A stretch of DNA of 64,000 nt from Cenarchaeum sp. (lineage in GTDB: Archaea > Thermoproteota > Nitrososphaeria > Nitrososphaerales > Nitrosopumilaceae): positions 800,001-864,000 of the forward strand of contig OY843584.1 of the NCBI GenBank assembly GCA_963692915.1, in the 5' to 3' direction. Below are positions 49,869 to 59,711 of the stretch, piece by piece (the stretch's first letter is position 1; every line of letters starts with the position of its first letter). A model generated the notes under the pieces. The model was given only the letters and a program-made list of their open reading frames with translations, was not told where the DNA came from and searched no databases. A program made the translations under genes and the position numbers.

Positions 49869-52800
49869 GGCGCAAGAGGGTCGCCAAGGCCACAAGACCA
49901 GTCAAGTCCACCAGATCAGCAAAGAGCGCCACAGTGCGCACAGAGCCGCTCTCAAGGCTCGTCACGCCGATAGAGTCGTTCATGCGCTCGACGAACGTAG
50001 AGAGGGACACGGCAGGGGCCGGATCACTTGGCACATACATCGCAAACGCCTCGGCCCTGGACACGGTGCAGAGGCTTGCTGACTCGATGGCAGGCGGCGG
50101 GAGGGCATTCTCGATAACTGGCCCGTACGGATCGGGCAAGTCGACCCTGGCCGTCTTCCTCGGGGGTCTCCTCGGGCCGTCATCAGACGCTGACTGGAAG
50201 TACGCGCACCGCCTCCTCCACGGAATTGCGCCAGACATGGCACGAAATGTCACTGACGGGCGCAAGGGGCTTGGGGCCCACAGGGGCGGCTTTGCCAGGT
50301 GTACAGTCGTGGCCGGAAAGGAGCCGATATCGGCGACCATAATACGCGCACTCGACAAGGGGGCAAGGGACAGGTTTGGAACGAGATATTCGGCAAGGGA
50401 CTTTGCCACTGCAGGGCAACTGCGCCGCCTGTACGGCGAGATTCGGCAGGCCAGCGGGGCTGCAGCGCACGGCGCGTCGCACACTGGGGCAATAATGGAG
50501 ATTGTTCGCGGAATGTGCTCCAGGGTGCCAGTTGTCATTCTAGTCGACGAGTTTGGCAAGAACCTGGAATATTTGGCAGAGGGCGGCGCAGGCGACGGTG
50601 ACGTGTTCTCCCTCCAGTCAATGGCCGAGGCCGGCACTGGCCCCGGCGCACTGCCGCTGTTTGTCGTGACGATGCAGCACATGTCATTTGAAGAGTATGG
50701 GACCAGGATGTCAGGCGCGCACCGCAGGGAGTGGGCAAAGGTCCAGGGAAGGTTTGAGGACATTCCGTTTGAAAACTCGGCCGAGCAGACAAGGCTCCTG
50801 GTCTCCAGGTCACTCTGCGCACGAGGAGGCGCATCGGGAAGAAAGGCGGTGGACTCGTGGTCAGCAGCGCACATGGCCAGCCTCACAAGGCTGGGCCTGG
50901 CAGACGGCCTGGGCAATGGACTTCTTGCCTCGTGCTATCCGCTCAATCCGCTTGCGCTCCTGGTCCTGCCAGAGCTGTGCGCCAGGTATGGCCAGTACGA
51001 GAGAACGCTCGTCTCCTTTGTGGCCGGAGCCGGCAGGGATGCCGTGCCGGCGTTCATCGACAGGAGCAGGTGGTCTGCCGGTGCGCTCCCGTCCATGGAC
51101 GTCGAGTCGCTGTACGACTATTTTGTCTCTAGCCACCAGTCAGCCGGCTCGGCGTCAGCTGCAAACGTGACGCGCCTAATGGAGATCACGACTGTGATAC
51201 GCGACTCGCACGGCCTCTCAAGGGCGGCGATAAAGGCCCTCAAGACCATAGGCGTCCTAAACCTCGTCTCGACGTCAGGATCCCTGCGCGCCTCCAGGGA
51301 CGTCATGCGCTATGCGGTGGGCCCGGAGGCCGAGGCGGCCCTCGAGGAGCTCGAGGAAAAGTCGATCATCACGCACAGGGCGTATGCTGACGAGTACCGC
51401 GTGTGGCGCGGCACGGACGTGGACATACAGGCGCACACTGAGATTCTGCGCGCAAAGTATGCCGACATGCCCCTGGCCCGCACGCTGGCCATCGTGTCCC
51501 CACTGGAGCCAATGATGGCAGCCAGGCACGGGATAAAGACGGGCACGATGAGAATGTTTGGGCGCAGGTTCCTCGGTGACGGCATCGACGAGGCCGCATC
51601 AGGGCAGGATCACGACGGAGTCATCATGTACATGACAGACCAGTTCGCTAGCCTGCCGCCAGTCAGCGCAGGTGCGCTGCCCACCATAGTGGTGAGGCCC
51701 ACGGTGGACATGGAGGACGTCCGGAGTGTTGCGCTGGAGACGGCCGCAATAAGGGAGATGCTAGAGACTGATGATGCCATAAAGGGAGACTGGGTCGCAC
51801 GCCGAGAGCTCTGGGACCGCATGGTCCACGGGATCACCGGCATAGAGACGGGGCTTGAGCGCGCGTATGGCGATGACGCAGAGTGGTGGCTAGTTAATGT
51901 CGGGGCAAGGCCGCGTCGACTTGACAAAAGCGGCGGGGTTGCCGTGTCAGCAGCAGCCGACATTGCGTATCCAAAGACGCCACATGCGCACAACGAGATG
52001 GTGAACCGGACAAGGCTCTCAACGCAGGCCTCGCGCGCAAGGCTCACCCTGATCAACGCGATGGTCATGCGCCACGGCGAGGAGAGCCTCGGGATGACCG
52101 GATGGGGGCCAGAGCGCGCAATGTACGAGTCGGTCCTCAAGAGGACAGGCATGCACGCACGCAGCGGCAGGTCATGGGGCATAGCCAGGCCGCGCTCCGG
52201 ACTGTGCGCGGCATGGGATTTGGTCATGTCCTCGATAGCGCGATCGAGGCGGCACCGCGTGAACGTAAGCGAGGTCTACTCTGCGCTAAAGGCGCCCCCC
52301 ATAGGCGCAAAGGCCGGCATAATGCCGATCCTCCTAGTCGCAGCACTGCTCACAAAGCGCGATGACGTTGCGCTCTATGAGCACGGGACGTACAAGCCGA
52401 CGATGGCACCAGAGGTGATCGAGCGCCTCCTAAAGAATCCCGGCCATTTTGAGATAAAGCACCTCGCAAGCCGAACGGGGCACAAGGCCAAGGCGATCAG
52501 GGGCGTCGCGGCGGCACTAGGGGCAAACGCGAGCCTCCTAGGCGTGATAGGCGAGCTGGTAAAGGCCGCATCCAGGCTGCCCGCATACACCAGGGTGACA
52601 AAGACCATGGGGAGGCACGACACGGCAGTCAGGGACGCGATACTAAGATCGACAGAGCCAGACGTAATGCTCTTTGAGGCACTGCCGCGCGCGCTGGGAG
52701 TCGACCTGTCATCAAGCCAGTTTGGCACCAGGCTGGCAAAGTCAGTCAAGGCGCTAGAAAAGTTTCATCCGGACATGCTCGATGCCCTGCGCGCCGCTCT

Positions 52801-53314
52801 GCTAAAGGCCACGCGCGTAAATGACCGCAAGCGCCTGGCCACCATTGCAGTGTCGCTCTCCGAGAGGGCGACAGGTGCGGATTCCGGAATGCGCGGGTTT
52901 CTGAACGCCATTGCCACCAGTGCCCTTGATGACGATGAGTGGATAGGGTATGTGGCAATGGTCCTGACAGAAAAGCCAGTTGCTGACTGGACTGACGAGA
53001 CTAGAAGGGTGTTTGACACAAACCTCAAAGATCTGGCCAGCAGGTTTCTTCGTCTCATGGCACTAAACTTTGACGAGTCCGCAAGGCACCTTAGCGCATC
53101 ACCGCCACCGTACAGGATCACGGTTACAAACAGGGACGGGACAGAGAGCATTAACGTGGCCATTGCAGGTGGCGGCAAGGACAAGATGGCAGACAGGGTG
53201 GTCGACGAAATGGTCAGCATTATGGACAAAAAGGGCATGGCTCGCCAGGACGTGATCCTGGCACTAATGGCATCACTTAGCAAGAGGCTGCAGGACAAAA
53301 AGTCCAGTGGATAG
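49865..53314 (+). CDS. sspC: large P-loop ATPase (SspC-like)
   Basis: ITGPYGSGKS Walker A, LVDEFGK Walker B, EWAKVQGRF, YPL.P; coupled to DUF4007. Confidence 0.8.
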   Translation: MRRKRVAKATRPVKSTRSAKSATVRTEPLSRLVTPIESFMRSTNVERDTAGAGSLGTYIANASALDTVQRLADSMAGGGRAFSITGPYGSGKSTLAVFLGGLLGPSSDADWKYAHRLLHGIAPDMARNVTDGRKGLGAHRGGFARCTVVAGKEPISATIIRALDKGARDRFGTRYSARDFATAGQLRRLYGEIRQASGAAAHGASHTGAIMEIVRGMCSRVPVVILVDEFGKNLEYLAEGGAGDGDVFSLQSMAEAGTGPGALPLFVVTMQHMSFEEYGTRMSGAHRREWAKVQGRFEDIPFENSAEQTRLLVSRSLCARGGASGRKAVDSWSAAHMASLTRLGLADGLGNGLLASCYPLNPLALLVLPELCARYGQYERTLVSFVAGAGRDAVPAFIDRSRWSAGALPSMDVESLYDYFVSSHQSAGSASAANVTRLMEITTVIRDSHGLSRAAIKALKTIGVLNLVSTSGSLRASRDVMRYAVGPEAEAALEELEEKSIITHRAYADEYRVWRGTDVDIQAHTEILRAKYADMPLARTLAIVSPLEPMMAARHGIKTGTMRMFGRRFLGDGIDEAASGQDHDGVIMYMTDQFASLPPVSAGALPTIVVRPTVDMEDVRSVALETAAIREMLETDDAIKGDWVARRELWDRMVHGITGIETGLERAYGDDAEWWLVNVGARPRRLDKSGGVAVSAAADIAYPKTPHAHNEMVNRTRLSTQASRARLTLINAMVMRHGEESLGMTGWGPERAMYESVLKRTGMHARSGRSWGIARPRSGLCAAWDLVMSSIARSRRHRVNVSEVYSALKAPPIGAKAGIMPILLVAALLTKRDDVALYEHGTYKPTMAPEVIERLLKNPGHFEIKHLASRTGHKAKAIRGVAAALGANASLLGVIGELVKAASRLPAYTRVTKTMGRHDTAVRDAILRSTEPDVMLFEALPRALGVDLSSSQFGTRLAKSVKALEKFHPDMLDALRAALLKATRVNDRKRLATIAVSLSERATGADSGMRGFLNAIATSALDDDEWIGYVAMVLTEKPVADWTDETRRVFDTNLKDLASRFLRLMALNFDESARHLSASPPPYRITVTNRDGTESINVAIAGGGKDKMADRVVDEMVSIMDKKGMARQDVILALMASLSKRLQDKKSSG

Positions 53315-53410
53315 GCCGTCATGGGCGACGGGGCAGAATTTGCCGTGCCACAGAAACAGGTATCCAGTGTGCGCAAGACGCAAATGTCTCCCGACCATGC
53401 CACATCTGCC

Positions 53411-53471
53411 ACGTATTTAAAAACCAGAGATAACGCTTATACGATCAGCGGCCAGCTCCAAGGCCAATGTC
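53411..53471 (+). promoter_or_regulatory. duplicated promoter block (second copy at 54196-54256)
   Basis: acgtatttaaaaaccagagataacgcttatacgatca identical in both copies, directly upstream of each paralog ATG. Confidence 0.7.
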
Positions 53472-54138
53472 AGGACAAGAGCATGCCACGCCATGCCCTA
53501 CTTGCGGGAGCACCAGGGCCGCAGCGGAGGCCGACAGGGTGCCAAAAAAGGAGATCAGCGCGTATGAAAGCCGGATGATTCGGCTCAGGCTAGAGGCCGA
53601 GGGCGGGCCACTCGCCCCCATACCGGGATCCGCTGTCCCCATATTCCACGTCCTCTGCAACGCAGGCGTGATTGACTGTGACATGTCCCCAAAGGACGAG
53701 GACAACGACACTCGCCTGTCCCTGAACATGCTGGTATACTTTGCAAAGCACAGGTTTGGGTGTCCGGGGCTGGAGAGGTATGTCTTTGATTGGAGCGCGG
53801 TGAGCACATTCTCGATGAGGCTAGAGCTCGACTTTGATGACATGAAGGGATTTCATTCAGAGCCGGCCCAAGAGTGGGACAGAAAGGACGAGTTTGTAGA
53901 GTTTGCGCGCAAGCACGGCAACGACGTCGAGTGGCTCCAGATAGCCTCGGCTATATGTTACATAGATGACGAGATGATGAAGGATTCCGTGACGCTCACG
54001 CGGGAGGAGATGATCGACGAGGCGTGCCAGTGGTACATATTCCATCCCGAGGCCGTGCCAGGGGTGTACGACGACATTGCCGACATGCTAGCAAGGACAC
54101 GGGGTGACGCGCAGCCCAGGGCGCCGGACACTGCATAA
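53467..54138 (+). CDS. divergent SocA/YwgA-like family protein, paralog 3
   Basis: IDC..P.D...DTR...VYFA...FG and W.R..EF..FA.KH.ND.EWLQIA shared with 2079/3024. Confidence 0.6.
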   Translation: MSGQEHATPCPTCGSTRAAAEADRVPKKEISAYESRMIRLRLEAEGGPLAPIPGSAVPIFHVLCNAGVIDCDMSPKDEDNDTRLSLNMLVYFAKHRFGCPGLERYVFDWSAVSTFSMRLELDFDDMKGFHSEPAQEWDRKDEFVEFARKHGNDVEWLQIASAICYIDDEMMKDSVTLTREEMIDEACQWYIFHPEAVPGVYDDIADMLARTRGDAQPRAPDTA

Positions 54139-54251
54139 GTGCCACATGGGGCGCACATTAGGCAGCAGGAGTCCATAGGCCATGCTACGCCTACCACGTA
54201 TTTAAAAACCAGAGATAACGCTTATACGATCAACGGCCCGCTCCAAGGCCA

Positions 54252-54884
54252 ATGTCCGAGCAAGAGCACGCCATGCAGTGTCCGACCTGCGGGAGTCCCC
54301 AGGCCACATCAGAGGTCGTCAAGGTGCCAAAAGCGGACACCGGTGCCCACGATGGCCAGAGGAAACGGCCCAGGCTAACCTCCAAGATCGGAGCCCCGCC
54401 TCCAGGATCCGCTGTCCCCATATTCCATGTCCTCTGCGACGCCGGCGTGGTTGGCTGCGGCATATCGCCTAGCAAGGGTAGCGTCGCGGAGCGCCTGGCA
54501 CTGAACATACTGGTATACTTTGCAAAGCACAGGTTTGGGTGTCCCGGACTAGAGAGGTTTGACTACGAGTGGAGCATATCAAGTCCCCACTCGATCAGGC
54601 TCGAGATCGACCTTGATGACATTACTGATCTCCATTCAGAGCCGGCCCAAGAGTGGGACAGAAAGGCCGAGTTTGTCAAGTTTGCGCAAAAGCACGGCAA
54701 CGACGCCGAATGGCTCCAGATAGCCGCGACGATATGCCACATAGATGACGAGATGAGAAAAGACTCCGTGACGCCCACGCGAGAAGAGATGATCGACGAG
54801 GCGCGCCAGTGGTACATATACAATTCCAAGGCAGTTCCAGGGGTGTATGACGACATTGCCGACATGCTGGTGCGGGGCAGGTGA
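54252..54884 (+). CDS. divergent SocA/YwgA-like family protein, paralog 4
   Basis: Tandem duplicate of 53467-54138; N-terminal CPTCGS. Confidence 0.6.
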   Translation: MSEQEHAMQCPTCGSPQATSEVVKVPKADTGAHDGQRKRPRLTSKIGAPPPGSAVPIFHVLCDAGVVGCGISPSKGSVAERLALNILVYFAKHRFGCPGLERFDYEWSISSPHSIRLEIDLDDITDLHSEPAQEWDRKAEFVKFAQKHGNDAEWLQIAATICHIDDEMRKDSVTPTREEMIDEARQWYIYNSKAVPGVYDDIADMLVRGR

Positions 54885-54893
54885 CATGCAGAT

Positions 54894-55472
54894 ATGGACA
54901 TGCCAAGAGTTCTCACGCTGTCGCTCATGCTTGTCGTAGTCATAGGCGGAGGACTAGTCACAATTCATGCAGGTTCCCTGATCGCCACAGGAAATCTCTA
55001 TAATGCCGTCTCGCTGCTCTCGTCTATCATTGCCCTAACAGTGGCCACGGTATACGGATATTATGCATATATGCTAGGCGTGTTTAATTACCTAACGATT
55101 CGGAAGGCAGAAAAATTCCGGCTTTGCGAGGAGACTGACTCGCTTCTGCGCTCACTTGGCATCCTGTCCAACATATGCAAGCGCATGATTATGGCATATG
55201 AGGCAAGAATTCCAGACACGTCAAAGATCACGATCTCAGATAGTGACAAGGCGACTGTTGAAAAGCACGTATACATGGTAAAAGACGCCATAATTAGCGC
55301 CAGGGCAGAGAGCAGCACCAAGATTCGCCCATTGGATCAGGCCGATCGGATGGCATCACTGATGCAAAAAAATACTCTTGACACCATTGACGTTCAGAAT
55401 GTGAGAGGCATCGCATTGAGCATAGCAGAACATATCACAGACACAAGACTCCAGGCCAAATCGCGCGCCTAG
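54894..55472 (+). CDS. hypothetical protein with two N-terminal TM helices
   Basis: Starts right after the paralog-4 stop; hydrophobic N-terminus; lower GC than the flanks. Confidence 0.65.
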   Translation: MDMPRVLTLSLMLVVVIGGGLVTIHAGSLIATGNLYNAVSLLSSIIALTVATVYGYYAYMLGVFNYLTIRKAEKFRLCEETDSLLRSLGILSNICKRMIMAYEARIPDTSKITISDSDKATVEKHVYMVKDAIISARAESSTKIRPLDQADRMASLMQKNTLDTIDVQNVRGIALSIAEHITDTRLQAKSRA

Positions 55473-55567
55473 CCCTGCCCTGCACGCCATGCCACACAGG
55501 GCCGCCGAATGCAGCACTGCCCTAGACCCCTAGCGCCAGTGTGCGGCCGGCGCGCCAATGTTAATTA

Positions 55568-56602
55568 ATGAAGGAGCGCCGCACCGTCGCATTGCGCGTG
55601 ATACTCTGCGGCTTTGGCGTCGTGGGCCAGAGCCTCGCTAGGCTCCTCGAGTCGAGGGCAGGCGACCTGTACTCTAGGTTTGGCGTAAAGCCGCGCATAG
55701 TCGGAGTTGCTGACAGCGGCGGGGCCGTGGCCGACTCTGCGGGGCTTGACGCATCAACGCTAGTGGCCGCAAAGGGGCGCGGCAGGTCAGTTGCCACGTG
55801 CGAGGGCGGCGTGGCCGGCCGCACCGGCACCGAGATGATCAAGGACGCCGAGGCCGACGTCCTAGTCGAGACGACTAGCAGCAACTATACTGACGCCGAG
55901 CCCGGCATGTCACATATCATGACTGCGATGGGCCGCCGCATGCACGTGATATCTGCCAACAAGGGCCCGCTCGCCCTAGCGTTCCCCTCGCTCATGGAGC
56001 TTGCCGGCCACAACGGCGTCTCACTCAGGTTTGGCGGCACAGTCGGCGGCGGCACGCCGATACTCGACTATGCAAAGAACAGCCTGCGCGGCGAGCGCAT
56101 CGTCTCCTTTAGGGGAATACTCAACGGGACGACAAACTATATCCTCACGGGCATGGCCGGCGGCATGTCATTTGATGACGCGCTGGGTGACGCGAGGTCA
56201 AAGGGCTACGTCGAGGCCGACGAGTCACTCGACCTAGACGGCCTCGATGCGGCAGCAAAGCTCGTCATACTCGCAAACTGGGTCATGGGCATGAAGGTCA
56301 CGATGCCTGACATTGACCGCACGGGCATACGTGACGTCAGCGGCGAGGACGTCAGGCGCGCAGAAGGGGCAGGAAGCGCGATAAAGCTCATAGCGTCATG
56401 CGACGGCGTCCTCAGCGTGGGCCCGCGCGAGGTCGGCACTGATGATCCCCTCTGCGTGAACGGGACGCTCAACGGAATATCATTTGTCTCCGAGCACTCG
56501 GGCACGCAGACGATAATCGGGAGGGGTGCCGGCGGGACAGAGACTGCAAGCTCCATAGTGCGCGACCTCATTGACATACGGCGGGACATGACGCGGCAAT
56601 GA
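55568..56602 (+). CDS. hom: homoserine dehydrogenase
   Basis: GFGVVG, ANKGP, GILNGTTNYIL, G.GAG..ETA. Confidence 0.94.
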   Translation: MKERRTVALRVILCGFGVVGQSLARLLESRAGDLYSRFGVKPRIVGVADSGGAVADSAGLDASTLVAAKGRGRSVATCEGGVAGRTGTEMIKDAEADVLVETTSSNYTDAEPGMSHIMTAMGRRMHVISANKGPLALAFPSLMELAGHNGVSLRFGGTVGGGTPILDYAKNSLRGERIVSFRGILNGTTNYILTGMAGGMSFDDALGDARSKGYVEADESLDLDGLDAAAKLVILANWVMGMKVTMPDIDRTGIRDVSGEDVRRAEGAGSAIKLIASCDGVLSVGPREVGTDDPLCVNGTLNGISFVSEHSGTQTIIGRGAGGTETASSIVRDLIDIRRDMTRQ

Positions 56603-57072
56603 GGACAGACACGCTCTCAAAGAGCGACACTGCCGGACTGGTCTCAAGGATTGCCGAGCAGTGGCACGGTGTTGGGGCGCCCTCGGCGCGCAACGCAAGG
56701 GTCCACCGCCTAGAGGGCTCGCTACTCTACGAGCTAGACGGTGTGCGCGTCCTAGAGGTCGACGGCGCGCTCTTGCCGTTTCTCGGGCAGGACGAGACGC
56801 TCGCCGCATTCCCAAGGGTCACAGTCGACACGGGTGCGGTGAGGTTCATGTGCAACGGCGCAAACCTCATGCGCCCAGGCATAACAGGCAACACAGAGTT
56901 TGCCACAGATGACATTGTGTGCATTGCCGAGGAGGCCCATGGCAAGTACCTCGCAGTCGGCCGCGCGCGCGTCGCTAGCGCCGAGGTCGAGACGATGAAG
57001 CGCGGCGAGGTCGTCACAAACATGCACTATGTGTCTGACAGGCACTGGAATGCGGCCAAGGCCATATCCTAG
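56599..57072 (+). CDS. PUA-domain RNA-binding protein (MCT-1/Tma20-like)
   Basis: VD.GAV.F..NGANLM.PGI, HYVSD..W. Confidence 0.87.
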   Translation: MRTDTLSKSDTAGLVSRIAEQWHGVGAPSARNARVHRLEGSLLYELDGVRVLEVDGALLPFLGQDETLAAFPRVTVDTGAVRFMCNGANLMRPGITGNTEFATDDIVCIAEEAHGKYLAVGRARVASAEVETMKRGEVVTNMHYVSDRHWNAAKAIS

Positions 57073-57665
57073 GGCGCTTCGCTAAACTCGCGCGCGCCTG
57101 ATGCGTTGACCACCATGACGTCAATGCCATCACCGCTCGCCGTGTCCCTCATCGAGGCCGAGCGGATCGACTTTTTGGCGAGCGTGACTGCGTCATCCTC
57201 GGACATGCCTTCACGGAACTGTGGATCCAGCACGCCGAGTGCCATCTCGGCGCCGGTTCCCACTGCGGCATACCTGTCGGGGAGGACCGAGCCTAGCGGG
57301 TCTAGCGTGTATATCGACGGCTCGCCGACGACTCCGCCCACGATGACCTGCGTGAGGAGCGGAAAGAAGCGCCTCTCGTACATCATGTTTGACATCATCT
57401 TTGCGACCGTGTTGGGCGGCACGTCCCTCTGTATCTCCATGGCCCGAATCCTCGAGAGGGCAGCTATCTGGAGCGAGAGTATCTGCATGTCGGCCACGAG
57501 GCCCGCGCACGTCGCGCCGACCTTTGGGGTGATCTGGAAGACCTTTTTGGTCGACTTTGAGACTAGGAGGTTGCCGTAGGCTATGCGCTTTTCGCTCGCA
57601 AAGACGACACCGCCGTCAAATATCATGCCGACTGCAGTCGCGCCTGGCATATACATGTAGGACAC
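57069..57665 (-). CDS. psmB: proteasome beta subunit
   Basis: GATAVG, GVV.ASEKR, AGLVAD.Q, RD.ASG. Confidence 0.92.
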   Translation of the reverse strand: MSYMYMPGATAVGMIFDGGVVFASEKRIAYGNLLVSKSTKKVFQITPKVGATCAGLVADMQILSLQIAALSRIRAMEIQRDVPPNTVAKMMSNMMYERRFFPLLTQVIVGGVVGEPSIYTLDPLGSVLPDRYAAVGTGAEMALGVLDPQFREGMSEDDAVTLAKKSIRSASMRDTASGDGIDVMVVNASGAREFSEAP

Positions 57666-57950
57666 GCCCAAGCGGGCCGGGGGGCACAATAAAGGGGTTT
57701 CTGCCTGCGCACGACGCTGTGCGCGCAGGGCGCGCCCCTGATCGCAGGGTCCTGGCGCGGATCGTGGGGCGCAGCCGGCACGAGGCAGCAGGTGGCGCCG
57801 CACGGCAGGCCATCATGCAGCCCCTGCCGGGGGCACTCGTGTGAGCACGAACCCCCTCGAGCGGATTGCGGCGCGCCAGGGAGGAGGCAGGGGACGACCC
57901 TGCCGTCCTAAGGCGCGAGTCAGCAGGCGATCCCTGCGTGTGCGTGATCG

Positions 57951-58811
57951 CTACTCGTACCGGTCAAACTGGACCATCACGCCGGGCAGCTCGTCGATAA
58001 TGTCAGTTGCGAGCATGTGCGCACCCAGGCGCTCCTGGATGCGCTCGCCGGCTGACGCGTTGACAAAGGCCGCAGCGGTGGCCGCCTCACGTGCGTTACG
58101 GTTTCGCGCGAGTATCGAGGCGGCGATTCCAGAGAGGACATCGCCGGTTCCGCCGACGGTCATGGCCGGCGCGCGCTTTTTGCACACCACAGTCACGCTG
58201 CCGTCTGATATCACGTCAGTTGGCCCCTTTAGGAGTATGGTCGTCGAGCAGGCCGCCGCGCGCGATTCTACAGCCGCAATGCGCGACTCGAGGTCCACGG
58301 GCGGTGCCTCGCCAAAGAGGCGCGCATACTCGCCGGCATGCGGCGTGAGCAGGCAGTTCTTGCCCGATATTGCCGGCAGGATCGCAGCAGAAAGGGCACC
58401 GGCGTCAAGGACCAGGCGGGTGTCGGCGGCGACGAGCGATGAGACGAGGAGCTCGAGGGCTCCATCCTCGGCGACTGTGAGTCCCATGCCGATGGCTGCA
58501 GAGTCTATACCGACAGGGGCAGCTCCGACGAGCTTTCTTGCCGCGCCGCGCGTGAGCTTTTGGTCGGCGAGCGGGATGACGATGAGATTGGGCGAGATGG
58601 ACCGGATCGCCGTGGCGTGGTGCGGCGGAACTGCAGTGTACACTAGGTCAGAGCCGGCCCTTAGTGCGGCGAGTGACGAGAGCGCAGGCGCGCCATGGTA
58701 TGTCGTGCCGCCGCCGACTATGAGAACCTTGCCGTTCTGCCCCTTTCTTGAGGTGATTTTGCGCGGCGGGATGCATGTTCCCGCGTCTGCGGCAGTTATG
58801 GTCGACGCCAA
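57951..58811 (-). CDS. nnrD: ADP-dependent NAD(P)H-hydrate dehydratase
   Basis: KG.NG.VLIVGG, LTPHAGE, GGTGDVL.G. Confidence 0.9.
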   Translation of the reverse strand: MASTITAADAGTCIPPRKITSRKGQNGKVLIVGGGTTYHGAPALSSLAALRAGSDLVYTAVPPHHATAIRSISPNLIVIPLADQKLTRGAARKLVGAAPVGIDSAAIGMGLTVAEDGALELLVSSLVAADTRLVLDAGALSAAILPAISGKNCLLTPHAGEYARLFGEAPPVDLESRIAAVESRAAACSTTILLKGPTDVISDGSVTVVCKKRAPAMTVGGTGDVLSGIAASILARNRNAREAATAAAFVNASAGERIQERLGAHMLATDIIDELPGVMVQFDRYE

Positions 58812-58837
58812 CGTGACCCCACGGCGACACCAGGGCG

Positions 58838-59659
58838 TTAAGTCCCTTTCGCGCCATCGGTGGCCGCCTGCGCGCGTGCGCGCCCAAAGTGCGCCTTGCG
58901 CGCGTGGCAGAGGTACGCCGTGTGCCCTATGGGCTGGAACGCGTGCCTCGTCTTGCCCTCCCTGGCGTTTATCGGCCGCAGTATGTGCTCGCTGCACTCG
59001 ATATCGGTAAACTCGTTCTGAACTAGCTCGGCGACGAGGCGCTCGAGCTGGTTGACCGTTGGGCACACGGCAAAGAGAGCGCCGCTGTCGCGCAGCATCT
59101 TGCGCGCCTGCGGCAGGACCGTCCACGGATCGCCAAGATCCACTATGACGAGGTCTGCACCCGAGACTGGCATCCTCTTGGCAGACTTTAGGTCCACCTT
59201 GTTGAGCGTGACATGGTCGGACATGCCGGCGCGCGCAATGTTCTTTGCTGCAATCTTCATAAACTCCTCATCGACGTCAAACGAGTGGACATGGCCATCA
59301 GGCTTTACGATGCTGGCCGCAAATATCGTGAGCGCGCCGCTTCCGGTTCCAATCTCGACGACTGTCTGCCCGCCCATGAGTCCAGAGCGGGCCGCGATAT
59401 AGCCCAGGTCCTTTGGATACACGATCTGCGTGCCGTGCTGGAGCTTCATTATGTGGTCGTGTGTCGTTGGCCTCAGGAGATAGACATACTTGTCCTTGTT
59501 TGTCACAAGCCTGGTCCCGTAGCGCCGGCCGATCGCATCACGGTGGTCGATGACCCCAATGTGCGTGTGGAGCTGCCCCCCATCAGACACCCTGACTAGC
59601 CACTTTTTTGTCCCGTTATAGTAAAAGAGGACGTCATCGCCGGCTTCTATCTTTTCCAT
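58838..59659 (-). CDS. trmI: tRNA (adenine-N1)-methyltransferase
   Basis: TQIVYPKD, EIGTGSGALT, D..DPW, HTAYL. Confidence 0.92.
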   Translation of the reverse strand: MEKIEAGDDVLFYYNGTKKWLVRVSDGGQLHTHIGVIDHRDAIGRRYGTRLVTNKDKYVYLLRPTTHDHIMKLQHGTQIVYPKDLGYIAARSGLMGGQTVVEIGTGSGALTIFAASIVKPDGHVHSFDVDEEFMKIAAKNIARAGMSDHVTLNKVDLKSAKRMPVSGADLVIVDLGDPWTVLPQARKMLRDSGALFAVCPTVNQLERLVAELVQNEFTDIECSEHILRPINAREGKTRHAFQPIGHTAYLCHARKAHFGRARAQAATDGAKGT

Positions 59660-59711
59660 CTGCGCGCGCGCGATGCGCACGGTGTAATATATCCACGCCG
59701 CGCGATATGGC

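Noticed and set aside
49732-50916. Long antisense ORFs (this 394-aa one and others such as 8296-9372 and 57841-59010)
   Set aside because: Shadow ORFs opposite well-supported genes, typical of high-GC DNA.
43377-53314. BREX type 4 or classical DndBCDE
   Set aside because: No recognisable PglZ/BrxL or DndB/D/E; DUF4007 + large ATPase fits the Ssp type better.
57670-57950. GC-rich intergenic region as SRP or RNase P RNA
   Set aside because: I could not find SRP helix-8 or RNase P P4 consensus motifs on either strand; an Infernal/Rfam scan would settle it.
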